64,000 nt of DNA from Dictyostelium discoideum (lineage: Eukaryota): the NCBI GenBank assembly GCA_000004695.1, contig CM000152.2:160001-224000 (forward strand), in the 5' to 3' direction. A model generated the notes under the pieces. The model was not told where the DNA came from and searched no databases. It worked only from the letters and a program-made list of their open reading frames with translations. Below, piece by piece: positions 12,375-25,878 of this stretch (position 1 is its first letter; each line of letters starts with the position of its first letter). The position numbers and the translations under genes are program-made.

Positions 12375-13054
12375 TATATATCAACAATCAGTAATAACAA
12401 TTGATCTGTAAAAGGATGGATTCAAAAAAAAAAAAAAAAACAAAATAAATAAAATAAGAAAGCAACGACAAAAACTAAAAAATAAAAAATAAAATATATA
12501 AACAACACTAATAAAAAAAAAAAAAATAAAAAATCATATGATAAATTTGTATTAATAATGTAATTTCATTATAAATATCCACATACATTTATCATCTTTA
12601 TATTTATTCTAATTAAAATTGATAATGTACTACAAGTTTTTTTTTTTTTAATCTTTTTATTTTATGGATTATAGTGTTACATATTATCCATCTTTTTATT
12701 TTTTATTTTTTTATTTTTTTTTTTTATTTATTTATCTGTATGTCTTGTTCATAAAAAATTGTAAATAAAGTTGTTGTTGTTGTTGTTGTGTAATTGTTGT
12801 TTTATTATTGAATTGCGTCGTTTTGAGTTTTCTTTATACATTCATGTTGTTTGTTTGTTTATTTGTTTATTTGTTTTTTTTTTTTTTTTTTTTTTGGATA
12901 TAAAAAAAAAAAATTATATATATATTTAATAAAATGATAGTAATTTTAATTTTTCTTTCTGCTAATTTTTTCTTCCTATAAATATTATAAAAAAAATATA
13001 CATATTAATATTTCATAGTTTCGTTTTATTTAAAACTATTATTGTAATTCCGTA

Positions 13055-13098
<44 letters not shown>

Positions 13099-13171
13099 GG
13101 TAAAACATATGTATATATATAATTTCTTGACCAAAATTATCAATTAATTTGATTGATAATAATAATAATAA

Positions 13172-13351
13172 TTAATAATTTAAACTTACTTTAAATAAAA
13201 CGTGTTGTCTAATTACTGGATCATATTTTCTAAGTAATAACTTTTTAGTGCTGAGTAAAGCACTTTTGGTTGTTCTATAAAAGTAACCAGTATTGGCTGA
13301 TGAAACCATTTTAATAATTACTGTACTAATCTTTTTAATTGGTGTACCCAT
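13172..13351 (-). CDS. mrpl33: Mitochondrial ribosomal protein L33 (bL33), 59 aa
   Basis: Minus-strand ORF, ATG 13351..13349 to TAA 13174..13172. It translates to [59 protein letters not shown] and aligns to bacterial L33 ([20 protein letters not shown]...KLELKKFDPVVRQHVIYKE). The ORF track omits it because it is below the 60-aa cutoff. Confidence 0.8.
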   Translation of the reverse strand: MGTPIKKISTVIIKMVSSANTGYFYRTTKSALLSTKKLLLRKYDPVIRQHVLFKVSLNY

Positions 13352-13408
13352 TTTTATATTAAACTTTTATGTGTGATTTGTAAAATTGAAATAATAAAAA
13401 ATATTGAT

Positions 13409-13442
<34 letters not shown>

Positions 13443-14206
13443 AAATGAAAATAAAAAAAAAAAAATAAAATAAAAAAAATAAAAAAAAAAAAAACGAAAA
13501 AAAAAAAAGCAATCATTTTATTTATTCCAATGTTTAGTAATAATTATGGAAATTTACCAATTTATTAGATGTAACCATTTGGAAAAAAAAAAAAATAAAA
13601 TAAAAAAAAAATAAATAAAAAAAAATGTTTAAAAATTATAAATAAAAAATAAAATAAAAAAAAAAAAAAGAAAAATGGTCTCTTCAAAAAAATTACTTTA
13701 TCTATTATTATTATTTTAAAAATAGAGTGAAATAAATAAAATAAATAAAATTTAAGTTTTAAAAAACTAGTTTTAAATAACCATTTTTTATTAAATATCC
13801 AATATTCATTACTCCAATTTATTTAAAAATATCCAAATATGAAAAAAAAATTTTAATTTGGAATTTTTAATTAGTGTTTAGGAAAAAAAAAAAAAAAAAA
13901 AAAAAATACAAAAAAAAAAATAAAAAAATAAAAAAAAAGATGGTTTGGAAACCCAATTTTATTGTAAAAAAAAAAAAATCATTTTCAAAAATGAAAAAAA
14001 AATTAAAAAAAAAAAAAAAAAATCTCAACTTTTTTTTTTTTTTTTTTTTTTTTTCTTCATTATTAACATTATTTTAAAAAAATACAATAATTTATATAGG
14101 ATGGATTTACAAGCAGAATACATTTCATTGAAAAAGGTATTGACATAACATAACCCCTTACACTAAATCATTATTAAAAAAAATATCTTTTTTTTTTTTT
14201 TTTTTT

Positions 14207-14246
<40 letters not shown>

Positions 14247-14285
14247 ATATTTTAAAAATAAAAAATGTTATTAAAAAAAAAACTT

Positions 14286-14318
<33 letters not shown>

Positions 14319-14452
14319 CCCATTACAACACAATAAAATAGATATATTAAAATTTTAATATATTAACCTTTTTTTTTTTTCCCCAAAAAAATTTTTTTTA
14401 ATAAAATCTAAAAATAATAATAAATAATAAATAAATAAATCAAAAATCAAAA

Positions 14453-15235
14453 ATGGCACAGGAAATTGCATATCTTTCAGAATTAGCAAAATTAGTTCAA
14501 GAAACAGCTTCAATTAGAAAAGAATTGGAATCAATTAGAGTCGAAGCAAATAAAGTACAATCTGCTCCAAAATCAACTCCAGCACCAGTTGAAACTAAAC
14601 CAACTCCAGCACCAGCACCAACTTCAGTACCACATGTTGCAGCATCAACTAAACCAGCAGCAGTAGCACCAAAAACTGTTGTTGCACCAACTCCAACTCC
14701 AACTCCAGCACCAGCAGTTGAAAGTAAACCAGTTGATACAAGAACAACCCAAGAAAAATTAAATACAATTTCATCAGTTAAACAAGTTGTTACAACACCA
14801 GCTGGTTTCAGAGTAACAGGTTCTCCAGCTCCAACTCCAACACCAACTCCAGCACCAGCTAAAACTTCAACAACACCAGTTTCATTCAATTCACCAGCAA
14901 AACCAGCTCCATCAACAGCCAAAGATGGTGTTTCTCCACAAATTGTAAGTTTATTAAATTTTTTTTTTAAATCATAGAAATATTAAGATTATTAATACTA
15001 ATTTCCAATCTTAAATTCCTTTTTTTTTTTTTTTTTTCATTTTTTTATTTAGAAAACAATTGTTGATGCAGTTAAAGCTAAATCTAAAGTAGACAAGACA
15101 ATGGATCCAACTAAACTTGAAAACTATTTATCAGAATCAGACTTTTTGGTTGTATTTGATTGTTCATTAGCTGAGTTCCAAAAATTACCAAAATGGAAAC
15201 AAGATAGTAAAAAGAAAGAAACTGGTATTTATTAA
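14453..15235 (+). CDS. Hypothetical protein with N-terminal coiled coil, Pro/Thr/Ala linker and small conserved C-terminal domain (join 14453..14944,15053..15235)
   Basis: ORF 14453.. ends in ...SPQI with a GTAAGT donor at 14945. The acceptor tttatttAG at 15051-15052 continues [60 protein letters not shown] to TAA at 15233-15235. No family recognised. Confidence 0.65.
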
Positions 15236-15306
15236 ATTATTTTTAGTTTTTTTTACCTTTTTTTACACAACAACATTTAAGTGTATGTGTAGGATTTGAT
15301 ATTAAG

Positions 15307-15346
<40 letters not shown>

Positions 15347-16080
15347 GGTCTTTGGTAATTGGTTTTATGTCAAATAATTAATATTAATTTTTTTTTTTTT
15401 AATTGAAAAAAAAAAAAAAAAAAAAAAAAAAGATTTTTTTAAAATTAAAATAAATATTTATTTTATATGTTGTAATATTAAAAAAAAAAAAAAAAACATT
15501 ATTTGTTTTCTATTCTTTTTTTTATTTTGTTATTTTGTTATTTTTTTACTTTATATTATTATTATTTTAAAATGTTGGTAAAAATTGGAAAACTTTGTTG
15601 ATCAGAATTTTCAACAAAGAAAAAAAAAGGAAATATGAAAATTTTTTAAAAATTTCATTTTTTGACGATCATTTTTTTTTTTTTTATTTTTATTTTCAGT
15701 GTTTCATTCTAAAAACAATAAAAACCATTGTATATATTAATACCCAAAAAAAAAAAAAAGGACAAATAAAACCTATTTATTGTTTTTATATTCATTTTAA
15801 ATTCTCACACAAAAAAAAGAAAAAAAAAAGAAAAAGAAAAAGAAAATAAATAACACTCAAAATAAAAACTAAAAATACTCAATACATACACATACATATA
15901 TAATTATAAAGAATGAAATTAGTAAGGTAAGAACAATAAAATAATTATAGGAATTATATAAAATAATAGCCACAAAATAAATAGGGATGTGGAGGGGGAA
16001 TGAATAGTAGTTGATTAATTATCATTTATTATCATTTATTATTATTATTATTATCATTTATTATTATTATTAGATTTTTA

Positions 16081-16563
16081 ATGAAATTACATAATGAAAC
16101 AGTTACAATTGAATTAAAGAATGGAACAATTGTACAGGGATCAGTTGCAGGTGTTGATGTTAGTATGAATACTCATTTAAAAACAGTTAAACTCACACTC
16201 AAAGGAAAGAATCCTGTAAATTTAGATACATTAAGCATTAGAGGAAATAATATCAGATATTTCATATTACCAGAATCTTTAAATCTTGGTACACTTTTAG
16301 TTGATGATACTCCAAAAGTTAAAGCAAAGAAAACTACTTCAAAACCAGGTGGTAATTATCAATAACATTATTAATCATTTATTTATTCATTATTAATTAT
16401 TAATTTATTTATTAATTTTAATTACTAACTATTATTATTAATTTATTTTTAAAATATAGAATCTAAACCAAGTATGAGAGGTGGTCGTGGTGGTGGTCGT
16501 GGTGGAGCAAGAGGTGGTTCAAGAGGTGGTTCAAGAGGTGGTTCAAGAGGCGGTAGAAATTAA
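16081..16563 (+). CDS. snrpd1: Small nuclear ribonucleoprotein Sm D1 (join 16081..16351,16460..16563)
   Basis: [84 protein letters not shown] is near-identical to the SmD1 Sm fold. A GTAATT donor at 16352 and aaaatatAG acceptor at 16458-16459 join exon 1 to the C-terminal RGG/RG-repeat tail ([29 protein letters not shown]), stop TAA 16561-16563. Confidence 0.9.
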
Positions 16564-16620
16564 ATAAATTTGTAAAGAAAATAAATTATAATAATAAAAA
16601 AAAAAAAAATAAAATAAAAT

Positions 16621-16651
<31 letters not shown>

Positions 16652-16736
16652 AAAATCAATGTTATTATTATTTATTTATTTATTTTATTTATTTTTTTAT
16701 TTTTTTTATTTATCTATTATTATTATAATTAATTTA

Positions 16737-18182
16737 TTATTTTTGGTATGAAAAGATTTGATTTTCTTTATCATGTTTTTGGAAAACTTTCATTGATAAA
16801 ATATTTGAATTATTAATACAAAGTTCTTGAAATTGATTTGTGGTTAACCATTCATGTTGAATAATTGTGTAATGAGAAATATACGGATTTGAATCTACTA
16901 TTCCTTTAAGAATTAACCAATCTTCTGGATTATGAATTTCTAAATATTTCACAGATTCTGGTAATTTATTAAGTAATTGATTTAAAAAAATTGGTAATTC
17001 CAAATTATATTTAATATCATCTAAATAAGATCTAATGTTATCACTTAAACATTCATTTTTAACTGATAATGATTTTAAATTTTTATGATTTCTTAATGAT
17101 TCAATTAGTGATTTCCAAATTGAATTAAACTCAATTTCATCGCATTCTCGTGAATTGTAAATTGAACAAAGACATTTTGTTGAAGGTAAATCATCTGTTG
17201 GTGGTGGTGATGTTGGTTCAGATAATTTAAGATTATTTTTAATATCTGAATAACAAACTGAAATTGAAATTTCATTAAGTAATGGGAAATTTTCAAGTAG
17301 TCTTAATAGATTTGGTATATCTAAATGTTTGGCTCTAATTGATGTTAAATTTGAGAAAATTTTATGATTTGAGAAATTGTTTAAAAATAAACTCCAAGTA
17401 AAACTGAATCTTTCATGTGATGGACTAACATATGTGCATGTATTTGAAATACCATTTGAATTAATATCCATTTCTAAATCTAAATAATATTCATCTGTTA
17501 CATTTGGATATTTTTGAGCTTTAATACCTCTAATTATTAATTTTTTATTATTATCATTATAATAATTTTCTAAGTGATTAATTTTCCTTAAAAATGGTTT
17601 ACTTTGATTAATTAAAACATTATTTATAAATTTTAAATTTGGATTTGTAATTTTCTTCATATATTGACAACTAATTTTACGAATTTCAATAGTGGTTGAT
17701 GGTGGTAATTTCAATTTATTTACAAACTCTAAGCTATTAAGTGCATTTGATACATTATTATGTTCAATATCAATTGAAACATTTTGTAAATTTGTAAATT
17801 TTGAAATTAATAAATTTACATGACTTATCATTGCTTCAGCATTCTCTTGTTTATATCTGTATTCACGATGATGTAATTTCAATGTTGTTATATTTTCAAA
17901 TTTATAAATTGAATATTTACTTGTACTGATATACACTGTTTTGGTTGTTAATGGTGGTGGTGGAAAAAATGATTCACCCCATGGTTCAAAATTAAAATCT
18001 TGAATACAATATAAATAATTTGATAAAGTTTGATGATATGACCAACAAACTAATGATAAATTAACTAAAATTTTATTATATCTTCTTTTCTCTTTATGAT
18101 TTAATATTTTCTTTACATTAAAATAATGTAGACAATAAATTTGAATTATTTCTTTTTGAATGTAAATTGGTAATAGTGCCAT
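16737..18182 (-). CDS. Hypothetical protein (LRR-like, Dictyostelium-type family), 481 aa
   Basis: Long minus ORF. The first 36 codons of track ORF 16737..18290 are a poly-F read-through of a poly-A tract, so the start is placed at the internal ATG 18182 (MALLPIYIQKEI...). The protein is N/L/I-rich with leucine-rich-like segments, in the same style as the gene at 69..1593. Confidence 0.6.
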   Translation of the reverse strand: MALLPIYIQKEIIQIYCLHYFNVKKILNHKEKRRYNKILVNLSLVCWSYHQTLSNYLYCIQDFNFEPWGESFFPPPPLTTKTVYISTSKYSIYKFENITTLKLHHREYRYKQENAEAMISHVNLLISKFTNLQNVSIDIEHNNVSNALNSLEFVNKLKLPPSTTIEIRKISCQYMKKITNPNLKFINNVLINQSKPFLRKINHLENYYNDNNKKLIIRGIKAQKYPNVTDEYYLDLEMDINSNGISNTCTYVSPSHERFSFTWSLFLNNFSNHKIFSNLTSIRAKHLDIPNLLRLLENFPLLNEISISVCYSDIKNNLKLSEPTSPPPTDDLPSTKCLCSIYNSRECDEIEFNSIWKSLIESLRNHKNLKSLSVKNECLSDNIRSYLDDIKYNLELPIFLNQLLNKLPESVKYLEIHNPEDWLILKGIVDSNPYISHYTIIQHEWLTTNQFQELCINNSNILSMKVFQKHDKENQIFSYQK

Positions 18183-18407
18183 TATTTTGTCAAGTTTTTT
18201 AAAAAAAAAAAAAAATAAAAAGTAAAAAAAGGAAAACAAAAAAAAAAAAAGAAAAATAAAAAAAAAGAGCCGTTTCCAAAATATTTCCAATTTTTATATG
18301 ACAAAACTCACCAACTATTTTTAATTTTAAAATTTTTTTTTTTTTTTTTTTTTTTATTTATTTAATAAATTAATAATTTAAATTTTAAATCAATACGATT
18401 TAATTAT

Positions 18408-18445
<38 letters not shown>

Positions 18446-18450
18446 TTTTT

Positions 18451-19156
18451 TTAAAAATTAGAAGGTAATGAATTAAAATAATCAATATATGTTAAATTTA
18501 ATGTGCCACCATATTCAAATAAAACTTTTGATTGATCAATAGTTGTAAAGATTTGATCATTTTTACAAATTTCAATTCTTGAAATTAATTTATTCTTCAT
18601 AAAAGTTTTAGCAAGTGATAATAATGGTTTTAATACCCATGGTGGATTTAAAATATAAATTTTTTGAATTCTACCAATGAAAACATCTTGCATATCATTT
18701 AATTTATTCTTTTTAAGAAAATCTTGTAATCTTGAATCAAAATGTTTAAAAATTGATATTTTATGTAAATCTTCAATAATTGTCATACCATTTCTATGAA
18801 CTGATGAATGATCATGTGCACTTTGATCTTGTGACCAAAGTAAAAATGTCATATATTCTTTTAATGTAAAATCCTTTGGTTTCGCTTTTGATGGATGTAA
18901 ATATGAAATTGAACAACCATTATTATCTCTATAGCCAATAATATTAAAACTACTTGATTTCATTGCCAATTCTGGATTAACTTGATTTTTAACAACTGGT
19001 AAACTAATTTCTAATTTCTCCCTTATTAATAAATTGTTTTTAATTAATGTATGTGCTTTTTCTAAATCAAATTTCTTTGAAAATAAAAATAATAATAAAT
19101 ATTGATCTTTTATATCTATAATTTTTTACAAAAAAATATTTATTATTAGTAAATTG

Positions 19157-19194
<38 letters not shown>

Positions 19195-19303
19195 TACCTT
19201 TGCAAATTGGAAAATCTTTAAATTTACTTAATGCAATTAATTCGTCATTTGTTAAATCTTCAAGAATTTTAAATTCTTCTTCATTTAATTCAAAGGAAAC
19301 CAT
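18451..19303 (-). CDS. Sec14/CRAL-TRIO domain phosphatidylinositol-transfer-like protein: complement(join(18451..19115,19198..19303))
   Basis: Exon 1 (MVSFELNEEEFKILEDLTNDELIALSKFKDFPICK) ends G|GTATTT at 19197. The acceptor attatAG at 19116-19117 continues in frame with DIKDQYLLLFLFSKKFDLEKAHTLIKNNLLIREKLEI (CRAL-TRIO N) and ...ILNPPWVLKPLLSLAKTFMKNKLISRIEICKN...LFEYGGTL (Sec14 lipid-binding domain). 771 nt in total, in frame. Confidence 0.85.
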
Positions 19304-19899
19304 CTTGTATTTTTTATAAGATTAAAAAAATAATTATTTTTTTTTTTTTTTTTTTTTTTATATTGAAAATGATTATAATATTAAAATAATTTAATTTAAA
19401 TGATTAGTTTTTTTTTTTTTTTTTTTAATGAAAAAGTTTTTTATCATGCTTTTTATATTTTTTTTTTTTTTTTTTACTGGGTGGAACCTTTTCATTTAAT
19501 TCACCAGGCAAGAAAAATGTCCGAAAAAAAAATCTAATTAATTTGATTTTATAAGTATCCCAAATAAAAAAATATCTATTTTTTTTATAAAATTTATTAT
19601 TTTAGGTTATTATTATTTTATTTTTTATTACCATTTTTATTTTATTTTTAAAAACAGGTTATTGTTATTTAAATAATTTAATCTTAAAAAAAAAAAAATT
19701 TAATATAAATATAAAGAATCTAAATTTAAAAAAAAAATGAATTCAAATTGATATATTGATTAAAAAGTACAAAATAATTATTTTATTTAATGAATTTTTT
19801 TTTTTTTTTACCATTATTTTAGTTTTCTAATATCGAACATTTTTAAACAAATAAATTATATACATTGAAAGAAAAAAAAAAAAAAAATTTCGCCTATTT

Positions 19900-21995
19900 T
19901 AACCAATTAATTTATTGCATACTCCACCAGTCAACAAATTCACGTTCACTTAATGAACCACTGTAATCACGATCAATTGAATGGAATAACATTTTAGTTT
20001 GACCTTTAGAGAAATAGTAACCTAAATGTTTAATGAGCTAATAAATTAAAAAAGTTAGTATTAATGAATTATTGTTTTTTTTTTTTTTTTTTTTTTTTTT
20101 TGTGCACATAAATGTTAAATTCATACTTTTTTAAATTCTTTTTTAGATAAAGTACCACTACAATTGGAATCATGAATTCTGAATGCAGCACTTGCGGCCA
20201 TCATTTTTTGTACAACATGTGGTGGTAAACCAACTGGAACTACAAAAGCAGCGGTTCTAGAATATGGAGTTGCATAAGAGTAAGTTGGTCTAGTGTAAGA
20301 ATAAGTTGATGTTGCACCATAACCGATAGCAGTTGTTTGATAGGCAGCATATGCAGTAGTTTGACCTGGATAAACACCCATTGGTGTTTGACCTGGATAA
20401 GCACCAGTTTGATAAGCAGCGGTAGTTTGTGAATATGCTGATACACCATATTGTTGTTGACCTGGATATGCACCCATTGGTGGTTGACCTGGATATGCAC
20501 CTTGTTGACCTGGATATGCACCTTGTTGACCTGGATAAGCACCTTGTTGACCTGGATATGCACCTTGTTGTGGTGGATAAGCACCCATTGGTGGTTGTTG
20601 ACCTGGATATGCTACTTGTTGTTGTTGTGGTGGATAAGCTCCTGGTTGACCTTGTGGTGGATAAGCTCCTGGTTGACCTTGTGGTGGATAAGCACCCATT
20701 GGTGGTTGTTGACCTGGATAGGCACCTTGTTGTGGTGGAACACCTGGTTGACCTGGATAGGCACCTTGTGGTGGTGGAACACCTGGTTGACCTGGAGCAC
20801 CTGTCTTGGCAAGTGTATTTTGTACACCTAAAAATAAAATAAAATATTTGTTATTATTACAGTGTCCTACATTTTTGGTATTTTGGTTTCAAAATAACTA
20901 AATAGCCAAGAAAACTTACCTTGTTGTGGTGGATAGGCACCTGGTTGACCTGATTGTTGTGGTGGGTAGGCACCTATTTATTATTTATAATTTATAATTT
21001 TTATTATTATTTTTTTTTTTCCAAGTTTTAAAAATAAAATAAAATAAAGAATTAATAAAATCCAATTTGTTTCCAAGAAATGATGATTTGTCAAAATCTG
21101 GAAAAAAAAAAAAAAAAAGTGAAAGGTTGTAGTAATTAAAATAAACATACCTGGTTGACCTGGTTGTTGTGGTGGATATTGACCTTGTTGTTGTGGTGGA
21201 TATTGACCTGGTTGACCTGGTTGTTGTGGTGGATATTGACCTGGTTGACCTTGTTGTGGTGGATATTGACCTGGAGCACCTGGTTGTTGTGGTGGGTATC
21301 CTAAAAATAAATAAAATAATTTAAATATTAATTAACTATAAAATTAAATTTGGATGGGTATAGTTTTTTAAATTATAAATTTCGAAATTTCCAAGTATTT
21401 GTGTAATCTTCAAATCCAATTACTATATATTAATGATAAATCCAATATTTTTATATAACCTCTACTTGAACTATCCCTATCGTAAAAAAAGTGAACATAC
21501 CTGGTTGACCTGGTTGTTGTGGTGGATATTGACCTGATTGACCTGGTTGTTGTGGTGGGTATCCTATAAATAAATAAAAATATAACCAAAATTAGAGTTT
21601 TTTCAATATTGTATAAAATTTCCCTGTAGTGATTTATGTTTTTTTTTTTTTTTTTTTGTTTTTTTTTTTTTTTTGTTTTTCTTCTTTTCCTTATTTCCAA
21701 TGTGATTAATAATAAAATCCATACCTGGTTGACCTGGTTGTTGTGGTGGGTATTGACCTGGAGCACCTGGTTGTTGTGGTGGGTATTGACCTATTAATAT
21801 TCAAATATCAAGAGTTAATATGAGAAATGTTTGAAATTGGATATATATATAAAAAAAAAAATATCTCCAATTTTAAATGAAATCCAAAACATTTTTTTTT
21901 TTTTTTTTCTATTAATTTCTTTTTCCATATCTATATTCCTATTGTATAAAAGTAAACATACCTGGTTGACCTGGTTGTTGTGGTGGGTATTGGCC

Positions 21996-22081
<86 letters not shown>

Positions 22082-22605
22082 TATTTATTAATTAATTTAT
22101 TAATTTATTTATATTAGTAGTTTACTTTTAAGAAGAATTTGAAGGTACTCCGATAAATCATCAATTCTATTCCTCTTTTATCATATAATTAAAAACATAC
22201 CTGGTTGTTGTGGTGGGTATTGACCTGGAGCACCTGGAGCACCTGGTTGTTGAGTACCTGGATATGGTGGTAAATTAGAACCTGGAGCACCTGGTTGTTG
22301 TGGTGGATATTGACCTGGAGCACCTGGAGCGCCTAATTTGTGAAAGTTTGAGAACTAATTAGTTTTTGTTTATTTTTTATTATTTTTTTTTTTTTTATTT
22401 TTCATTTTTTTTTTATTTTTTTTCAGCCTAACCCGATGATTAAATTGTAAGTGTTATTATTAAATCGGTGTTAAATAATTAAATATACAATACCTGGAGT
22501 TGATTGGCTACCTGGAGCACCTGGAGTACCCATTACTTTAACTGGCATTTGTGAGTAAAAATCAGCAGCTGAACCAGCTGGTGGTGGGTTTTGTGGATTT
22601 TGCAT
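19900..22605 (-). CDS. [11 protein letters not shown]-repeat protein with C-terminal EF-hand pair, 9 exons: complement(join(19900..20037,20127..20827,20920..20973,21151..21300,21501..21563,21725..21790,21962..21994,22201..22332,22494..22605))
   Basis: ATG at 22605 opens [37 protein letters not shown]. Each of the first seven exons ends ...CCAG|GTATG (or CAAG|GTAAGT) in phase 1. Each following exon starts just after a (T)nAG acceptor with two bases that complete a Gly codon. Exons 2-7 are 132, 33, 66, 63, 150 and 54 nt and encode (G)[15 protein letters not shown] repeats. Exon 8 continues the repeats and runs into the track ORF 20121..20699, ending ...[19 protein letters not shown]|GTATGA. The terminal exon (acceptor ttattAG at 20038-20039) encodes a second EF-hand ([14 protein letters not shown]) and stops at TAA 19900-19902. 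Total 1449 nt, in frame. Confidence 0.75.
21997..22078. repeat. (ATT)n microsatellite, about 27 units, inside intron 2 of the GYPPQQ/EF-hand gene
   Basis: Perfect trinucleotide array seen directly in the sequence. Confidence 0.95.
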
Positions 22606-22764
22606 TGTATATAATAGGCTTTATTTATATGTAAAAAAAAATAAAAAAATAAAAAAATATATGTAATATATAAATGAAGGTGTTATATATTAACAATTTA
22701 AATTGGTGGTTTAAAAAAAAAAAAAAAAAAAAAATTTGTAAAAAAAAAAAAAAAAAAATCAAAA

Positions 22765-22800
<36 letters not shown>

Positions 22801-23062
22801 CAAATTATTCACAATTTCGATCAGTGATCACAAAATGGTTTAACACACAAGCAATCAAAGAAAAAAAAATGAAAAAAAAATAAAAAAAAAATAAAAAATA
22901 AAAAAATGAGACTTTTTGGTTTTTTTCAAAAAAAAAAAAGAAAAAACTTTTTAAATTATCTCTATTTTTTATTTTAAAAACTAATATTATTATTATTATT
23001 TTATCACAACTATATTATTACTCTATATTACTATATTTTATTATTCTATTATTACTATTATA

Positions 23063-23068
<6 letters not shown>

Positions 23069-23152
<84 letters not shown>
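23069..23152. repeat. (TTA)n microsatellite, intergenic
   Basis: Perfect trinucleotide array. Confidence 0.9.
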
Positions 23153-23213
23153 TATTCTTTTTTTTTTTTTTTTTTTATTAATTGTGTAAAAAAAAAAAAA
23201 AAAAATAAAACTT

Positions 23214-23262
<49 letters not shown>

Positions 23263-23266
<4 letters not shown>

Positions 23267-23872
23267 TCTTGTTTGGTATTATCATCTTTTTTTTCATCGG
23301 AAGTTATCATTTTCTTGGACATAACATAACAATCAGCTGGTTGAATATTACGATAATAATTATTAATAGTTGATTCGATTGAGAAAGAAAACTTTTTATA
23401 AAAATCGATTGCATCTGAACCAACTTGAACATGTAATGATATTTTTTCATATTTTTCAGTTTTACATAATTCTTCAATGTATTCCAATAATTTACGACCA
23501 ATACCTAAATTTCTATATTGAGCTAAAACACAAAATGTCATTATATATAAAGATGGTTGTTCACCTTGAACTTGTGATTGATCAATTTTACAACATACTG
23601 CACCAACCATAATATCATTGAAAAATGCTATATAAAAATTTATTATTATTATTAATATATAATTTCATTTTTTTTTTTTTTTTTTTTTTTGTATTTTAAT
23701 TAATATGTGTGTTTTAGTATTACTTACCTAATTTTGAAACAAAACCAGTGGATAATAATTTTGAATAGAATTTTTCTTCATATGAAACTGGAAGTGTAGT
23801 ATTATTTAATAATACTAATTGACCAAGATTCTTGTCTGTCAAATCTCCTAATTCAATTAAATTTTTGCCCAT
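23263..23872 (-). CDS. naa50: N-alpha-acetyltransferase 50 (NAA50/NAT5, GNAT family): complement(join(23263..23627,23728..23872))
   Basis: Exon 1 (MGKNLIELGDLTDKNLGQLVLLNNTTLPVSYEEKFYSKLLSTGFVSKL) ends G|GTAAGT at 23727. The acceptor tatatAG at 23628-23629 continues AFFNDIMVGAVCCKIDQSQ...YIMTFCVLAQYRNLGIGRKLLEYIEELCK...ISLHVQVGSDAIDFYKKFSFSIEST, which aligns along its length to human NAA50. 169 aa. Confidence 0.85.
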
Positions 23873-23922
23873 TTCGATCGATATTTATGAGTGTGGTGAT
23901 TATTCGTTTTGAAATGAAAATG

Positions 23923-23958
<36 letters not shown>

Positions 23959-24301
23959 AAAAAAAAAAAAAAAAAAAAAATTTAAAAATAAAAATAAAAA
24001 TAAAAATTCAATTTCCCATCAATTGTTAACAATCAAATATAAAAAAAATAATAAAAAAAAAAAAAAAAAAATAGTTATAATTTCAATGAAAAAAAAAAAA
24101 AAAAATGAAATTTTTAAAAGGTTTCCAAAAACGACAAAGAATAAAAGATTCATAAAACAAAACTAATAAAAAATAAAATAAAAAAAAAAAACAATTGTTT
24201 AATAAAAAAAAAAAACCTTTTTTTCCATTATTTTTATTATTATTTTTTTTTTAATAAAAATTTTTTTATTTGTATATTAAAAAAAAAAAAAAAAAATAAT
24301 A
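23873..24301. promoter_or_regulatory. Bidirectional intergenic promoter region between divergent NAA50 (minus) and SAHH-like (plus) genes
   Basis: 429 bp A/T-rich spacer between two divergently oriented start codons. No specific motif can be supported. Confidence 0.3.

Positions 24302-25878
<1,577 letters not shown>

Noticed and set aside
13172-13195. Possible intron after …LFK|GTAAGT in the L33 gene
   Set aside because: No convincing downstream exon was found. The unspliced reading ends cleanly (…VSLNY*) at the length expected for bL33.
14497-14922. Antisense ORF 14497..14922(-)
   Set aside because: It mirrors the Pro/Thr/Ala-rich coding strand (GC-rich repeats are open on both strands). 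The plus frame has start, splice and stop signals.
20240-20842. Track ORFs 20429..20842(+), 20451..20831(+), 20240..20584(-) and 20612..20827(-)
   Set aside because: These are alternative-frame or antisense translations of the GQYPPQQ repeat DNA. Only the minus-strand frame joined to the EF-hand exon is conserved and splice-consistent.
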